Assembly (NCBI GenBank): GCA_040400875.1
Contig: JBBAPK010000004.1
Span: forward strand, 20,840-84,839
Source of the DNA: Burkholderiaceae bacterium
GTDB lineage: Bacteria > Pseudomonadota > Gammaproteobacteria > Burkholderiales > Burkholderiaceae_C
Direction: 5' to 3'
Length of the DNA stretch: 64,000 nucleotides
The notes under the pieces are model-generated. The model ran no database searches. It saw only the letters and a program-made list of their open reading frames with translations, and was not told the origin of the DNA. A program made the position numbers and the translations under genes. Positions 42,913 to 53,189 of this stretch are shown here, in pieces (the stretch's first letter is position 1; each line of letters begins with the position of its first letter).

Positions 42913-44175
42913 TCAACCGCCTCTTCGCATCATGTCGAAGAAGTCGTGGTTGGTCTTCGTGGACTTCATCTTGTCGAGGATGAACTCCATCGCCTCGATT
43001 TCGTCCATGGGGTAGAGCAATTTGCGCAGGATCCAGGTCTTCTGGAGTATTTCCGGTTTCAGCAAGAGTTCTTCGCGTCGCGTTCCCGACTTGTTCAACA
43101 AGATGGACGGGTAGACACGCTTTTCCGCCATGCGGCGATCAAGGTGGATTTCGCAGTTGCCGGTTCCCTTGAACTCTTCATAGATCACTTCATCCATGCG
43201 GCTGCCGGTGTCTACCAGAGCTGTGCCGATGATCGTGAGCGAGCCACCTTCTTCGATGTTGCGCGCGGCACCGAAAAAGCGCTTCGGGCGTTGCAATGCA
43301 TTGGCATCCACACCGCCGGTCAGAACCTTGCCGCTGGATGGCAGCACATTGTTGTAAGCCCTGGCCAGCCGAGTGATCGAGTCGAGAAGGATGACCACAT
43401 CTTTTTTCAGTTCGACCAGACGCTTGGCGCGTTCGATGACCATCTCGGCGACTTGCACGTGTCTGGCCGCAGGCTCGTCGAAAGTGGAGCTGATGACTTC
43501 GCCGCGCACCGTGCGCTGCATTTCGGTGACTTCTTCCGGGCGCTCGTCCACCAGCAGCACAATGAGATGTGCCTCCGGATAGTTGGCCACGATCGCATGA
43601 GCCAACTGCTGCATCATGACCGTCTTGCCGCTCTTTGGCGCCGACACCAGCAGCGCACGCTGCCCCTTGCCGATCGGTGCAATGAGATCGACGATGCGCG
43701 CGGTGATGTTCTCGTCCGACTTGATGTCACGTTCCAGCTTGAACTGCTCTTTGGGAAAGAGCGGCGTCAGGTTCTCGAACATGATCTTGTTTTTGCTCTC
43801 CTCGGGGGTCAGGCCATTGACCTTGTCGACCTTGACCAAAGCGAAGTAGCGCTCGCCGTCCTTCGGAACCCGCACCTCGCCCTCAACGTCGTCTCCGGTG
43901 TGCAGGTTGAAGCGGCGAATCTGGCTTGGGCTGAGGTAGATGTCGTCGGTTGACGCCATGTAGCTCGCATCTGGTGCGCGCAAGAAGCCAAACCCGTCTG
44001 GCAGCACCTCCAGCACGCCGTCGCCGAAAACCTGTTCGCCACCCTTGGCGCGCTTTTTCATGATCGCAAACATCAACTCTTGCTTGCGCATGCGCGTCAC
44101 GTTCTCGATCTCCAGCGCTTCGCCCATCGTGATGAGTTCGGAAACGTGAAGTGCTTTCAGTTCGGACAGGTGCAT
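42913..44175 (-). CDS. rho: transcription termination factor Rho
   Basis: 420 aa. MHLSELK N-terminus, RNA-binding OB region, Walker A APKSGKT and the C-terminal [11 protein letters not shown]. Confidence 0.98.
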   Translation of the reverse strand: MHLSELKALHVSELITMGEALEIENVTRMRKQELMFAIMKKRAKGGEQVFGDGVLEVLPDGFGFLRAPDASYMASTDDIYLSPSQIRRFNLHTGDDVEGEVRVPKDGERYFALVKVDKVNGLTPEESKNKIMFENLTPLFPKEQFKLERDIKSDENITARIVDLIAPIGKGQRALLVSAPKSGKTVMMQQLAHAIVANYPEAHLIVLLVDERPEEVTEMQRTVRGEVISSTFDEPAARHVQVAEMVIERAKRLVELKKDVVILLDSITRLARAYNNVLPSSGKVLTGGVDANALQRPKRFFGAARNIEEGGSLTIIGTALVDTGSRMDEVIYEEFKGTGNCEIHLDRRMAEKRVYPSILLNKSGTRREELLLKPEILQKTWILRKLLYPMDEIEAMEFILDKMKSTKTNHDFFDMMRRGG

Positions 44176-44379
44176 GAGGTGAAACCAGGAAAGGGGATCA
44201 GGAACTGGGCACCCGCAAAGTCAGCCTCAATGGACGAAGAGTTGCGGATACAGGGCCGGCCGTTCGCTAAGAACCGGCCGCTGGGCTGACAACACTGTGG
44301 AAACTTTGGCTACCGAAACCCACGCGGTGGGTGGCTGCCTGTTGGAGAAGGCAGGGTCATGAACCCCGCCTGACTCAAA

Positions 44380-44709
44380 TTATAGGTTGGCGTCGATGAA
44401 GGCCGTCAATTGGGCCTTCGTCAGGGCGCCTACCTTGGTGCCGCAAAGCTTGCCATCCTTGAACAACATCAAGGTGGGGATGCCCCGAATGCCGAATTTG
44501 GCGGGCACGTCCCGGTTCTCGTCGACGTTCATCTTTGCAACTTGCAGGCGCCCGTCATAGTCCTTGGACACCTCGTCGAGGATGGGCGCAATCGCCTTGC
44601 ACGGGCCGCACCATTCGGCCCAGTAATCCACCAGAACCGGCCTCGTTGACTGGGTGACGTCGCCGTCAAACGATGCGTCAGAAATGTGCTTGATCAGTTC
44701 GCTGCTCAT
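44380..44709 (-). CDS. trxA: thioredoxin
   Basis: 109 aa with the WAEWCGPCK active site. Confidence 0.97.
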   Translation of the reverse strand: MSSELIKHISDASFDGDVTQSTRPVLVDYWAEWCGPCKAIAPILDEVSKDYDGRLQVAKMNVDENRDVPAKFGIRGIPTLMLFKDGKLCGTKVGALTKAQLTAFIDANL

Positions 44710-44970
44710 GGTGCATCCTCGTTACGCGCCGTACCGCAAGATCAACGTCGGGCTGAAAAGATTCTGACACATCAAACTGCTCCGGGGTCGGTGCCTTTCG
44801 GTCGTCGGGACAGAGCTTGGCAGCCAAGGCGATGAACGTTTTCCTGAGGTTGCGCCTGCGATTGGCGTGACTTGGATGCGCAAGGACCGAGCCACAGCAC
44901 GGGCTTTTCTTTGTTTGAGCCGCAAAGCGCCCTGATTTCGAGGCTTTGGCTGCGTGGAAATTCGGTTGCA

Positions 44971-46920
44971 ATGCTCCAGCATCGCCAGAACTTCACCATG
45001 ACGGCATCCGCATCTACCGCTGCCAGTCGACCGGCCCAGCCCAGTCCCCATTTCGGACGGTTCGAGCTGTTGCGCCTGCTTGGTAAGAGCCAAGGCAGCA
45101 TGGTGTGGCTGGTCAACGACCCGCAGACCCAGCAGCAACTGGTGCTCACCTTGCCAAGGGTGCAGCCCGGCGACCCCTGCGTTCTCGAGGACTGGATGGC
45201 CCGTGCAAGACACGCCGCCCGTTTGGCTCATCCGCATCTCGCGCACACCGTCGAGGTGTCGGTTCAGGAGCAGTGGCCCTATGCGGCGGCTGCGCGCTCA
45301 AACGGCGTCTTGCTGAGCGAGCGTTTGCGCGAACACCCCAACCCTGCCCCACTCGAGGCTGTGGGCTGGGTGTGCCAGATGCTGGAGGGGCTGGCGTTTG
45401 CGCATGACTCGGGCTCTGCTCACCATGACTTGCAACTTCACAGCCTGCAAATAAGCGATGGCGGCAGGCTCCAGGTCATGTCGCTTGGCACCTGCAGCGC
45501 GGATGACGCGCCACCGGCCTTGACGAACAAGGTCTTCGCGCGCGGTACGGAACGTGATTCGCTGCTTGGAGTCGACGCGCTGCGCGCTCATCGCGAGGCT
45601 GCCGGGCGCGACGTGGTGGCTTGCGGCGTTGTGCTGCATCGATTGTTGACAGGCGCTGCCGCGCTGGACGAGCCCGACGTCATGAAGGTGGTGAGGCGAC
45701 TGCCACCATGGGGCAATGACCTGATCAGGCTGCCCTGGAACACGGCCCACCCCATTACCGAGGCGCTGCGTGCGATTGCCAATCGCAGCACCTCAAGTCA
45801 GCCTTCGCAGCACTACATAAACGCGCGCAGTTTCCTGCGGGCCTTGCAGGGCTGGATGGAGTCCGAGGCGCTGGGCAGTGACGGGCCTCTCGAATTGATG
45901 CTCGGGCGTTTGCGCAGTGTGGGTGTCCTGCCCGCCGGGGCCGGAATAAGTGCTCGCATCGAACGTCTTGCCGCGATGGACGGTCAGCACACCGAGGAGA
46001 TCTCTCACCAGATCCTGCAGGACATGGCGCTGAGCTTCGAGTTATTGCGTGAGGTGAATTCATCGCAGGTTCAAGGCGCTCAGGCACGCACACCCTCGCC
46101 AGTACTCACCATTCGTCGTTCCATCGCCTTGCTGGGACTCAATGGCGTGCGTCGCGCGGCCAACTCTTTGCGGCCGTGGCCGGGACCGTTGTCCGTGGCC
46201 CACGCCAAAGCCCTGCGCGTGCTGATGGACCGCGTGCGTCAGGCTGGCTACACCGCCCAGTCGCTGCGCCCGGCGGGCTACGACGGCGAAGTGGTCTATC
46301 TCGTGACGCTGCTTCAGAACCTCGGCCGCCTGCTGGCCCAGTACCACTTTCCTGACGAGTACGAGCAGATACAAAGGCTGATGCAAAGCCCGAGCGCGGA
46401 CCTGGCAGCTGACCCAGACGCTCCACCGCGCGCAGGCTGGAGTGAGACCGAGGCCTCTTTTGCCGTGCTTGGAATCGACATCGAGGCGCTGGGCGCGGCT
46501 GTGGCGCGGCACTGGGGTCTGGGTGAAGAAGTGCTGCACATGGTTCGCTGCCTTCCCAAGGACAGACCTGTGCGCGCAGCCGAAACTGACGGCGACGTCT
46601 TGCGCATGACGGCCAGTGCTGCCAACGAGGCGGTCGATGCCTTGATGCTGTCGACAGCCGAAGAAGCCCAAGCAGGTCGTCCCGTGCCTGCGGCCGCGAC
46701 GGCTGTGACCAACAAGATCGCATCGACACGCGCCTCAGCCCTGCGCAACTTGCCGGCTCAGCGTTACGCGAAAACGCTCGGGCTGACACCGAGACGGGTC
46801 CAGGAGGCGTTGGCCGCCGCGCGTGAGGCGCTGCGCACGGGCGCTCCTCTTCAGACCTCTGATCCGAGCGGACTTTCCGACGCGATCGCAAAGCCTAGAC
46901 CAGCAGCGGTTTCCGGCTGA
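44971..46920 (+). CDS. protein kinase-like (predicted pseudokinase) domain fused to an HDOD domain
   Basis: The N-terminal Hanks-kinase-like fold has degenerate catalytic motifs: LVLTLP for VAIK, HHDLQLHSL for HRDLKPxN, MSLG for DFG. The central and C-terminal HDOD-like region is ISHQILQDMALSFELLREVNSS...IRRSIALLGLNGVRRAANSL. The start is ambiguous (44971 or 44998). Confidence 0.8.
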   Translation: MLQHRQNFTMTASASTAASRPAQPSPHFGRFELLRLLGKSQGSMVWLVNDPQTQQQLVLTLPRVQPGDPCVLEDWMARARHAARLAHPHLAHTVEVSVQEQWPYAAAARSNGVLLSERLREHPNPAPLEAVGWVCQMLEGLAFAHDSGSAHHDLQLHSLQISDGGRLQVMSLGTCSADDAPPALTNKVFARGTERDSLLGVDALRAHREAAGRDVVACGVVLHRLLTGAAALDEPDVMKVVRRLPPWGNDLIRLPWNTAHPITEALRAIANRSTSSQPSQHYINARSFLRALQGWMESEALGSDGPLELMLGRLRSVGVLPAGAGISARIERLAAMDGQHTEEISHQILQDMALSFELLREVNSSQVQGAQARTPSPVLTIRRSIALLGLNGVRRAANSLRPWPGPLSVAHAKALRVLMDRVRQAGYTAQSLRPAGYDGEVVYLVTLLQNLGRLLAQYHFPDEYEQIQRLMQSPSADLAADPDAPPRAGWSETEASFAVLGIDIEALGAAVARHWGLGEEVLHMVRCLPKDRPVRAAETDGDVLRMTASAANEAVDALMLSTAEEAQAGRPVPAAATAVTNKIASTRASALRNLPAQRYAKTLGLTPRRVQEALAAAREALRTGAPLQTSDPSGLSDAIAKPRPAAVSG

Positions 46921-47144
46921 GATGAGTCCTGCCGCGGCGCTGCTGCGCACCTGACGCGATCAGGCCATCATGGCCTTCAAGCAATCAACCTGAAGCGGTG
47001 GAGGGTGACGAGCCTGACCCCGGCACTGGTCGCAACGGTTGGGGCTGCTTCGTTCCCGACCTGACCCGGTTGGCCGCGCTTCCATGCGGGGAGGCCCGTC
47101 AAGGTTGATTGTAGTGACCGGTCATCCCGTGGCCGGCTTCCAGA

Positions 47145-48284
47145 TCAACGCAGCTGCAGCGCGTCGTCACCGAATTCGAGCCCGAGCGGGTCGATCAGCA
47201 AGCGCTTTGCGCCGACTTCCACCTGGCCCGCCACCCATGCCTTGATGCCCTGCGCCTGGGCCACGGCGACCGCCCGTTGAGCCTGGTCAGCCGACACGAA
47301 AAGCGCAAAACCAGCGCCCATGTTCAAGGTGCTGTAAGCCTCGAGGTCGTCTTGTCTGGCTTGCTGCTGAATGAAGCGCAGCACGGGTGGCACATCGGGC
47401 AGCGTGTGAATGCGGTAGCTGTGTATGGCCGGATGCCGTAAAAGTTTGCGCCAGCCGTGGCCGGTGATGTTGGCGCAGTAGCGGGGCGTGATACCGGCCT
47501 GGTAGAGGGCTTCGGTGACGGGTGAGTACAACTCGGTGGGCGCCAAAAGCGCCTCGCCGTAGGTGGTCTGCGATACACCGGGCTCGATCGGCGTGAGGTA
47601 GCCCTCGGGCAGGCGCTCGACCAGCTTGCGCGCCAGGCTCAGGCCGTTGGCGTGAATGCCGCTCGATGCCAGCAGCACGATGGCATCACCGGGTGCCAGA
47701 CGGTCGCCGACCGACAGGCGTTCCTTGGGATTGATCAGGCCGGTGCACGATGCCGCCAGATCGATGCGGCCATCGACCACGATGCCTGCCAGGGCAGGTG
47801 TCTCGCCACCGCCCCAGGCCACGCCGCAGCGGTCGCACGCACTCTTCCAGCCGGCCACCAGCGCCTGTGCGCGCTGGCCATCCGCAAACCAGTCCGAGCC
47901 GCCGGCCGCCCAGTACGCCTGCACCACCAAGGGTGTGGCGCCCACGGTGATCAGATCATTGATGGCCATGGCGATGGTGTCCTGGGCGATCGCGTCGTAA
48001 TAACTTTTGCCGGTCAGCAGGTGCATCTCGTCTGCCACCAGCGCCTTCGAGCCCAGGCATTCGACGATGCTGGCCAGATAGAACGGTCCCACATCGATGA
48101 CATAGGCCGATTCGCCACGCGATGCCGTGACTTCGCTGAAACCATGCGCAGCGAGATGAGCGCCTGTGGCCGCCGCCGCACGCTGTGCCGTGACCTTCAG
48201 CGGGTCGATCAGGTCGTAGTTGACGCCGGATTGCGCGTAGCTGAGCGTGCCGTGATCGGCCGCTGATGGCGAAGTGGTGGTCAT
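47145..48284 (-). CDS. AIR synthase (PurM)-related family protein, non-canonical
   Basis: 379 aa with a PurM-like N-domain (ECLGSKALVADE...DTIAMAINDLITVGATP) and C-domain (SSGIHANGLSLARK). The N-terminus and length differ from canonical PurM. Confidence 0.8.
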   Translation of the reverse strand: MTTTSPSAADHGTLSYAQSGVNYDLIDPLKVTAQRAAAATGAHLAAHGFSEVTASRGESAYVIDVGPFYLASIVECLGSKALVADEMHLLTGKSYYDAIAQDTIAMAINDLITVGATPLVVQAYWAAGGSDWFADGQRAQALVAGWKSACDRCGVAWGGGETPALAGIVVDGRIDLAASCTGLINPKERLSVGDRLAPGDAIVLLASSGIHANGLSLARKLVERLPEGYLTPIEPGVSQTTYGEALLAPTELYSPVTEALYQAGITPRYCANITGHGWRKLLRHPAIHSYRIHTLPDVPPVLRFIQQQARQDDLEAYSTLNMGAGFALFVSADQAQRAVAVAQAQGIKAWVAGQVEVGAKRLLIDPLGLEFGDDALQLR

Positions 48285-48396
48285 GGGCGAAGGCTGCGAT
48301 GAGCCGAGGCAAGAGGGAATGGGGCAGGAGAAGTTGGATTATCCGGCAGCCCCTGTGCAGCAGCGCTCGCCCATGGGCGACATCTAGAATCAATCG

Positions 48397-50202
48397 ATGA
48401 GTTATCTGGTGCTCGCCCGCAAATACCGTCCACGCAGTTTCGATGCCCTAGTGGGTCAGGAGCACGTGGTGCAGGCACTCGCGAATGCGCTCACCCAAGG
48501 CCGTTTGCACCACGCGTATCTGTTCACTGGCACGCGGGGCGTGGGCAAGACCACGGTGTCGCGCATCTTGGCCAAATCGCTGAATTGCGTCGGTGCCGAT
48601 GGTCAGGGCGGCATCACGGCCAACCCGTGCGGCGTTTGTGATCCATGCCGGGAAATCGATGCCGGCCGCTTCGTTGACTACATCGAGCTCGATGCCGCCT
48701 CCAACCGCAGCGTCGAAGAAATCACCCCGCTGCTGGACCAGGCTGTCTACAAGCCAGTGGTCGGTCGGTTCAAGGTCTACCTGATCGACGAAGTCCACAT
48801 GCTGTCTTCACACGCTTTCAATGCGATGTTGAAGACGCTGGAAGAACCGCCCGAGTACCTGAAGTTCGTGCTTGCGACCACCGATCCGCAAAAGGTGCCC
48901 GCCACCGTGCTGTCACGCTGCTTGCAGTTCAACCTGCGGCCTATGGGCGCGCGCACGGTGCAAGATCACCTGGCCCGGGTTCTGGCCGCTGAAGGCATCG
49001 CCGCCGAGGCGGGCGCGTTGCGCTTGTTGTCACGTGCGGCGCGGGGTTCGATGCGCGATGCGCTGTCGGTGACCGATCAGGCCATCGCGTTTGGCGGCGG
49101 TGCGCTCATCGAGTCTGCCGTGCGTGGCATGCTGGGTGCGGTGGACCGCAGTCACGCCATTCGCCTGATCGAAGCGCTGTCTGAGCGCAATGGCGCGGCG
49201 CTGCTGGCCGAGGCCGACTCGCTGCGCGCGCTGGGCCTGTCGGCTGCCGGCACGCTCGAGGAATTAGCCGAATTGTTGCAACAGATGGCGGTGGTCCAGG
49301 CAGTGCCTGATGCGCTCGATGCGAGTGAGCCCGACGCCGTGGCCGCCGCCAGGCTGTCGTCGTGTCTGGCTGCGGACGAGACCCAACTGCTTTACAGCAT
49401 GGCTCTCCATGGCCGCGGTGAGTTGTCGCTGGCGCCCGATGAGTACTGCGGTCTGGTGATGGTGTTGCTGCGCATGCTGGCGTTTCTTCCGGCAAGCGCC
49501 GAGCCCTCGAGCGAGCGGGCGACCACCGTGGCCAGGCCCCATCAGGCGGCTTCGGTGGCGAGCCGGGTGGCCCGTCGTGATGTGCCTGTTGCCTTGCACG
49601 CGTCTGAGCCCAAGCTCGAGCAGCCCGCGGTGGGCCATTCCACTGCGAAGGTGACGGCCGCCGAGCCCACACCGCCGCCCTGGGTCGATCTGATCGATGA
49701 CTTGCCTGAGCCCTTGATGGCGGCGCACGATGAACCGGCCATGCTGAGCACGCCAGTGTCGCCGCCTGTCGCATCAACGCCGCTGGCCGTGCTCAACCTG
49801 ACACCGCTTGGCGATCGATGGGCTGCCGTGGTGGGCGAGATGGTGAGTGCCGGCAGCATTGGCGCCATGGTGCGCGAACTGGCACAACAGTCGCAGTGCC
49901 TGAGCGTCGGTGATCAAGCCGACCCTGCCCTGTGGGTGCTGCAGGTCGATCGTGAAACGCTGCGTTCGGCAGCCCAATGCGACAAGCTCGAAGCAGCGCT
50001 GACACAGCACCTCGGCAGCGTGGTTCGCATCGAGGTGCGTGGCGGTCCGGTCACGGACACGCCGGCTTTGCGCAACGCTGCCGAACGCAATCGTCGCCAG
50101 CGCGAGGCCGAGCAGATCATTCACGACGATGCGGCTGTGCGCTCCCTGATGGCTCAGTACCCCGGCGCGCGCATCGTGCCCGGCTCGGTCAAGTACCAAT
50201 GA
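48397..50202 (+). CDS. dnaX: DNA polymerase III subunit gamma/tau
   Basis: LARKYRPRSFDALVGQEHVV, Walker A GTRGVGKTT, the zinc module CGVCDPC, and a Pro/Ala-rich linker plus tau C-terminal domain. Confidence 0.95.
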   Translation: MSYLVLARKYRPRSFDALVGQEHVVQALANALTQGRLHHAYLFTGTRGVGKTTVSRILAKSLNCVGADGQGGITANPCGVCDPCREIDAGRFVDYIELDAASNRSVEEITPLLDQAVYKPVVGRFKVYLIDEVHMLSSHAFNAMLKTLEEPPEYLKFVLATTDPQKVPATVLSRCLQFNLRPMGARTVQDHLARVLAAEGIAAEAGALRLLSRAARGSMRDALSVTDQAIAFGGGALIESAVRGMLGAVDRSHAIRLIEALSERNGAALLAEADSLRALGLSAAGTLEELAELLQQMAVVQAVPDALDASEPDAVAAARLSSCLAADETQLLYSMALHGRGELSLAPDEYCGLVMVLLRMLAFLPASAEPSSERATTVARPHQAASVASRVARRDVPVALHASEPKLEQPAVGHSTAKVTAAEPTPPPWVDLIDDLPEPLMAAHDEPAMLSTPVSPPVASTPLAVLNLTPLGDRWAAVVGEMVSAGSIGAMVRELAQQSQCLSVGDQADPALWVLQVDRETLRSAAQCDKLEAALTQHLGSVVRIEVRGGPVTDTPALRNAAERNRRQREAEQIIHDDAAVRSLMAQYPGARIVPGSVKYQ

Positions 50203-50242
50203 CACGGCACACAGTGCTCACATTCACTAAGGAGATCTCAGC

Positions 50243-50569
50243 ATGATGAAGGGTCAGATAGCCGGCTTGATGAAGCAAGCGCAGGCCATGCAGGACAACT
50301 TGAAAAAGGCCCAGGACGAACTCGCCCAGATCGAGGTCGAGGGTCAGTCCGGTGCCGGGTTGGTGAAGGTCACCATGACCTGCAAGCACGAGGTCAAGCG
50401 CGTGGTGATCGACCCCGGCGTGCTGGGCGACGACAAGGACATGCTCGAAGACTTGATCGCTGCAGCCTTCAACGACGCGCTGCGTCGCGCAGAAGAGGTG
50501 TCTCAGGAAAAGATGGGCAAGATCACCGCGGGCATGCCTTTGCCGCCGGGCATGAAGTTCCCGTTTTGA
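50243..50569 (+). CDS. ybaB: YbaB/EbfC nucleoid-associated protein
   Basis: 108 aa, conserved dnaX-ybaB-recR order, motif [22 protein letters not shown]. Confidence 0.95.
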   Translation: MMKGQIAGLMKQAQAMQDNLKKAQDELAQIEVEGQSGAGLVKVTMTCKHEVKRVVIDPGVLGDDKDMLEDLIAAAFNDALRRAEEVSQEKMGKITAGMPLPPGMKFPF

Positions 50570-50593
50570 CGCTCACCCTGGTGGGGGTGCGTG

Positions 50594-51181
50594 ATGGCTG
50601 AGCCGGCGCTCGAGGCGCTCATCGACTCGCTGCGCAGCTTGCCGGGCATTGGCGAAAAGTCGGCGCGCCGCATGGCCTTGCACCTGTTGCAGCACGACCG
50701 GCCGGGCGCGCAGCGGCTGGCGCTTTCGTTGCAGGCGGCGGTGGCCAACGTCAGGCACTGCGAGCGCTGCCACACCTTCACTGAAGGCGCTCTGTGCGGC
50801 ATTTGCGCTGATGAGCATCGCGATGCCAGGCTTCTCTGTGTGGTCGAGACGCCAGCCGACCAGGCTGCCATGGAGCGCACGGGCAGCTACGCCGGGTACT
50901 ACTTCGTCTTGATGGGACGCCTCAGCCCGCTCGATGGCGTCGGGGTGCATGACATCGGTTTGCGCGCGCTGATCGACCGTGCGGCTCATGCCGCTGTCGA
51001 AGAGGTGATCGTGGCCACCAATTTCACCGCCGAAGGCGAAGCCACGGCGCACGCGGTGTCCGAGGCCTTGAAGTCGCGCGGTCTTCGCGTGACGCGTCTG
51101 GCGCGCGGCGTTCCGGTGGGCAGTGAACTCGAATACGTTGATCTCGGCACCATCGCGCACGCGCTGGTCGACCGCCGTTGA
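50594..51181 (+). CDS. recR: recombination protein RecR
   Basis: HhH ([17 protein letters not shown]), the C4 zinc finger [16 protein letters not shown] and a Toprim domain. Confidence 0.96.
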   Translation: MAEPALEALIDSLRSLPGIGEKSARRMALHLLQHDRPGAQRLALSLQAAVANVRHCERCHTFTEGALCGICADEHRDARLLCVVETPADQAAMERTGSYAGYYFVLMGRLSPLDGVGVHDIGLRALIDRAAHAAVEEVIVATNFTAEGEATAHAVSEALKSRGLRVTRLARGVPVGSELEYVDLGTIAHALVDRR

Positions 51182-51191
51182 GGAGTCTCCC

Positions 51192-51590
51192 ATGAGCATC
51201 TTGTCCACCGGGTGTGTCCTTGTCGCCGCCCTCATGCCCATCACTTGCGCGGGCATCGCCAAGAGCGGTACGTTCTCCAAGCCGCCCTCGGAAGGCGGCT
51301 ATGACAACAATGCACCGCGCGAGTGGCTGTCGCGGCAGCAAGGCTGGCGCCAGCGCGCCAACTGGGCGCAATCCAACTGCTTCGAGGCCCTGCCGTTTTT
51401 CATTGGTGCGGTGCTGATCGCTCAGCAGGCTGGCGCCAGTCAGGTTCGAGTGGATGTGCTGGCCGTCAGCTTCATCCTTTTGCGCTGCGCCTACATCGCG
51501 TGCTATCTGGCCGACAAGCCGCTGGCGCGCTCGGTGGCATTCGTGGCCGCGCTGGCGGTCAATGTCGCGTTGCTGCTGTCGGCCGCCTGA
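51192..51590 (+). CDS. MAPEG family membrane protein
   Basis: ATG at 51192 after GAGGAG. 132 aa with four helices. The motif RANWAQSNCFEALPFF resembles the MAPEG RAHxNxxExxPxF loop. Confidence 0.8.
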   Translation: MSILSTGCVLVAALMPITCAGIAKSGTFSKPPSEGGYDNNAPREWLSRQQGWRQRANWAQSNCFEALPFFIGAVLIAQQAGASQVRVDVLAVSFILLRCAYIACYLADKPLARSVAFVAALAVNVALLLSAA

Positions 51591-53189
51591 TCAACGCGTT
51601 GCCACACGCACCTGCTTGGTCGGTGCGGTTGCCGTGGTGCGGGCTTTGGCTGTCTTGGCCGATGCCGTGGTCTTGCCAGGTGTCTTTCGTGCCGCCACCT
51701 TGGTGGGCGCGGTTGCACGGCCCTTGGTCGACTGATAGACAACCACCGGTGAGCCCGCCTTGAAGCGCGCGTCAACGCGCACCGAATTCCACTCGGCCAC
51801 CTGCTTTGCGCTCACGCCGTAGCGTTTGGCCACGCTGGCCACCGACTCACGTGCACCGGCTTTCAGCACCACGCGCTTTCGCGGTGGCACGTCGGGGGTC
51901 AGCATCATGGCGGCGTTGTCCGCCACATGCTCGGCCACATCGACATGCCGACTTTCGTTGCGTGGCACCAGCAGCGTCGAGCCTTGCTTGACCAGCATGC
52001 GCGGCGGAATGCGGTTGACATCGCACAGGTGCTGCTCTGCCATGCCGACGAGCAGAGCCACATCCGCAGGGCTCATGGTCTTGGGAGCGACCCAGGCCGT
52101 CCATGTGGCCAATGGTGAACGGTGAGCGGTGAGTCCGCGAACAAAGGTGCTCGCGTTGTCGTACGGCAGCAGCACCTGCGGCGTTCCAGCGGCCAGGATC
52201 ACCGGCTTGTTCATCTGCGGATTCAGCGTCTTGAATTCATCCAGCGTGATGCCAGCCAGCGCAGCGGCTTTGTCCACATCGATATCGCGCTGAATCGGCA
52301 CGCTGAGAAAGTAGGGGTGATTGGCTACCGTCGGCAGCGTCAAGCCGAACATCTGGGGCGCGGCAATGATGTTTTTCATCGCCTGCAGCTTGGGAACGTA
52401 AAGGCGAGTCTCATCGGGCATCCTGAGACTCAGATAGTCGGTGGGCAGTCCCGCCTTCTGATTGCGCGCGATGGCCCGCTGCACATTGCCTTCGCCCCAG
52501 TTGTAAGCCGCAAGTGCCAGATGCCAGTCACCGAACATGCGGTGCAGTCGCTGCAGGTAGTCGAGCGCGGCACGCGTCGAGGCCAGCACATCGCGCCGGT
52601 CGTCGCGAAAGACGTTCTGCGCGAGTGAAAAGGTGCGACCGGTCGCGGGCATGAACTGCCACATGCCCGAGGCCTTGGCCGATGACATCGCCTGAGGGTT
52701 GAACGCGCTTTCAATGAACGGCAGCAGCGCCAACTCGGTGGGCATGCCGCGCGCTTCGAGTTCTTCGACGATGTGAAACAGATAGCGGCCACCGCGAGTG
52801 GTCATGCGCTCCACATAGTCGGGGCGGTTCGAATACCAGAGTTCACGCTCGTGCACCAGTGGGGTGTCGATGTCGGGTATCGCAAAGCCCTGGCGCACTC
52901 GCACCCACAGGTCAGCTCTGGCGGCGTCGCTGTCGAGATCAATACGTACATTGGGACGCATCGGATCGATGGGCGCGGCGATCGCGCCCGACGCCAGAGC
53001 CTGACCGAGGGCGTCTGTGCTGTCGGTGCCCGTTTGTCCCGTCGGCTGGCTGGTGGCCAACTGAGTCGAAGATGCCATTTGCTGTGCGCCGGATTGCGTG
53101 GCGCATCCGGAACCCACCCACCACACCGCCAAGCTCAGCGCGCAGGCCAGCCCAAGCCGGCGCATGGAGGTGGGATGCCGATGAATCAT
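51591..53189 (-). CDS. mltD: membrane-bound lytic murein transglycosylase D-like lipoprotein (SLT + LysM)
   Basis: Lipobox (WVGSGCAT), SLT catalytic region (LPFIESAFNPQAMSSAKASGMWQFMP) and LysM repeats, with a Lys/Thr/Ala-rich tail. I chose the start at 53189 because it forms an ATGA overlap with the gloB stop. Alternatives are 53207 and 53165. Confidence 0.88.
   Translation of the reverse strand: MIHRHPTSMRRLGLACALSLAVWWVGSGCATQSGAQQMASSTQLATSQPTGQTGTDSTDALGQALASGAIAAPIDPMRPNVRIDLDSDAARADLWVRVRQGFAIPDIDTPLVHERELWYSNRPDYVERMTTRGGRYLFHIVEELEARGMPTELALLPFIESAFNPQAMSSAKASGMWQFMPATGRTFSLAQNVFRDDRRDVLASTRAALDYLQRLHRMFGDWHLALAAYNWGEGNVQRAIARNQKAGLPTDYLSLRMPDETRLYVPKLQAMKNIIAAPQMFGLTLPTVANHPYFLSVPIQRDIDVDKAAALAGITLDEFKTLNPQMNKPVILAAGTPQVLLPYDNASTFVRGLTAHRSPLATWTAWVAPKTMSPADVALLVGMAEQHLCDVNRIPPRMLVKQGSTLLVPRNESRHVDVAEHVADNAAMMLTPDVPPRKRVVLKAGARESVASVAKRYGVSAKQVAEWNSVRVDARFKAGSPVVVYQSTKGRATAPTKVAARKTPGKTTASAKTAKARTTATAPTKQVRVATR

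Noticed and set aside
48397-50202. Programmed -1 frameshift site in dnaX (the gamma subunit, as in E. coli A AAA AAG).
   Set aside because: I found no A-rich slippery heptamer in the gene. The longest A-run I saw is 4 nt, near 48886. Gamma may instead be produced by another route or not at all. I cannot exclude other slippery motifs without a systematic scan.
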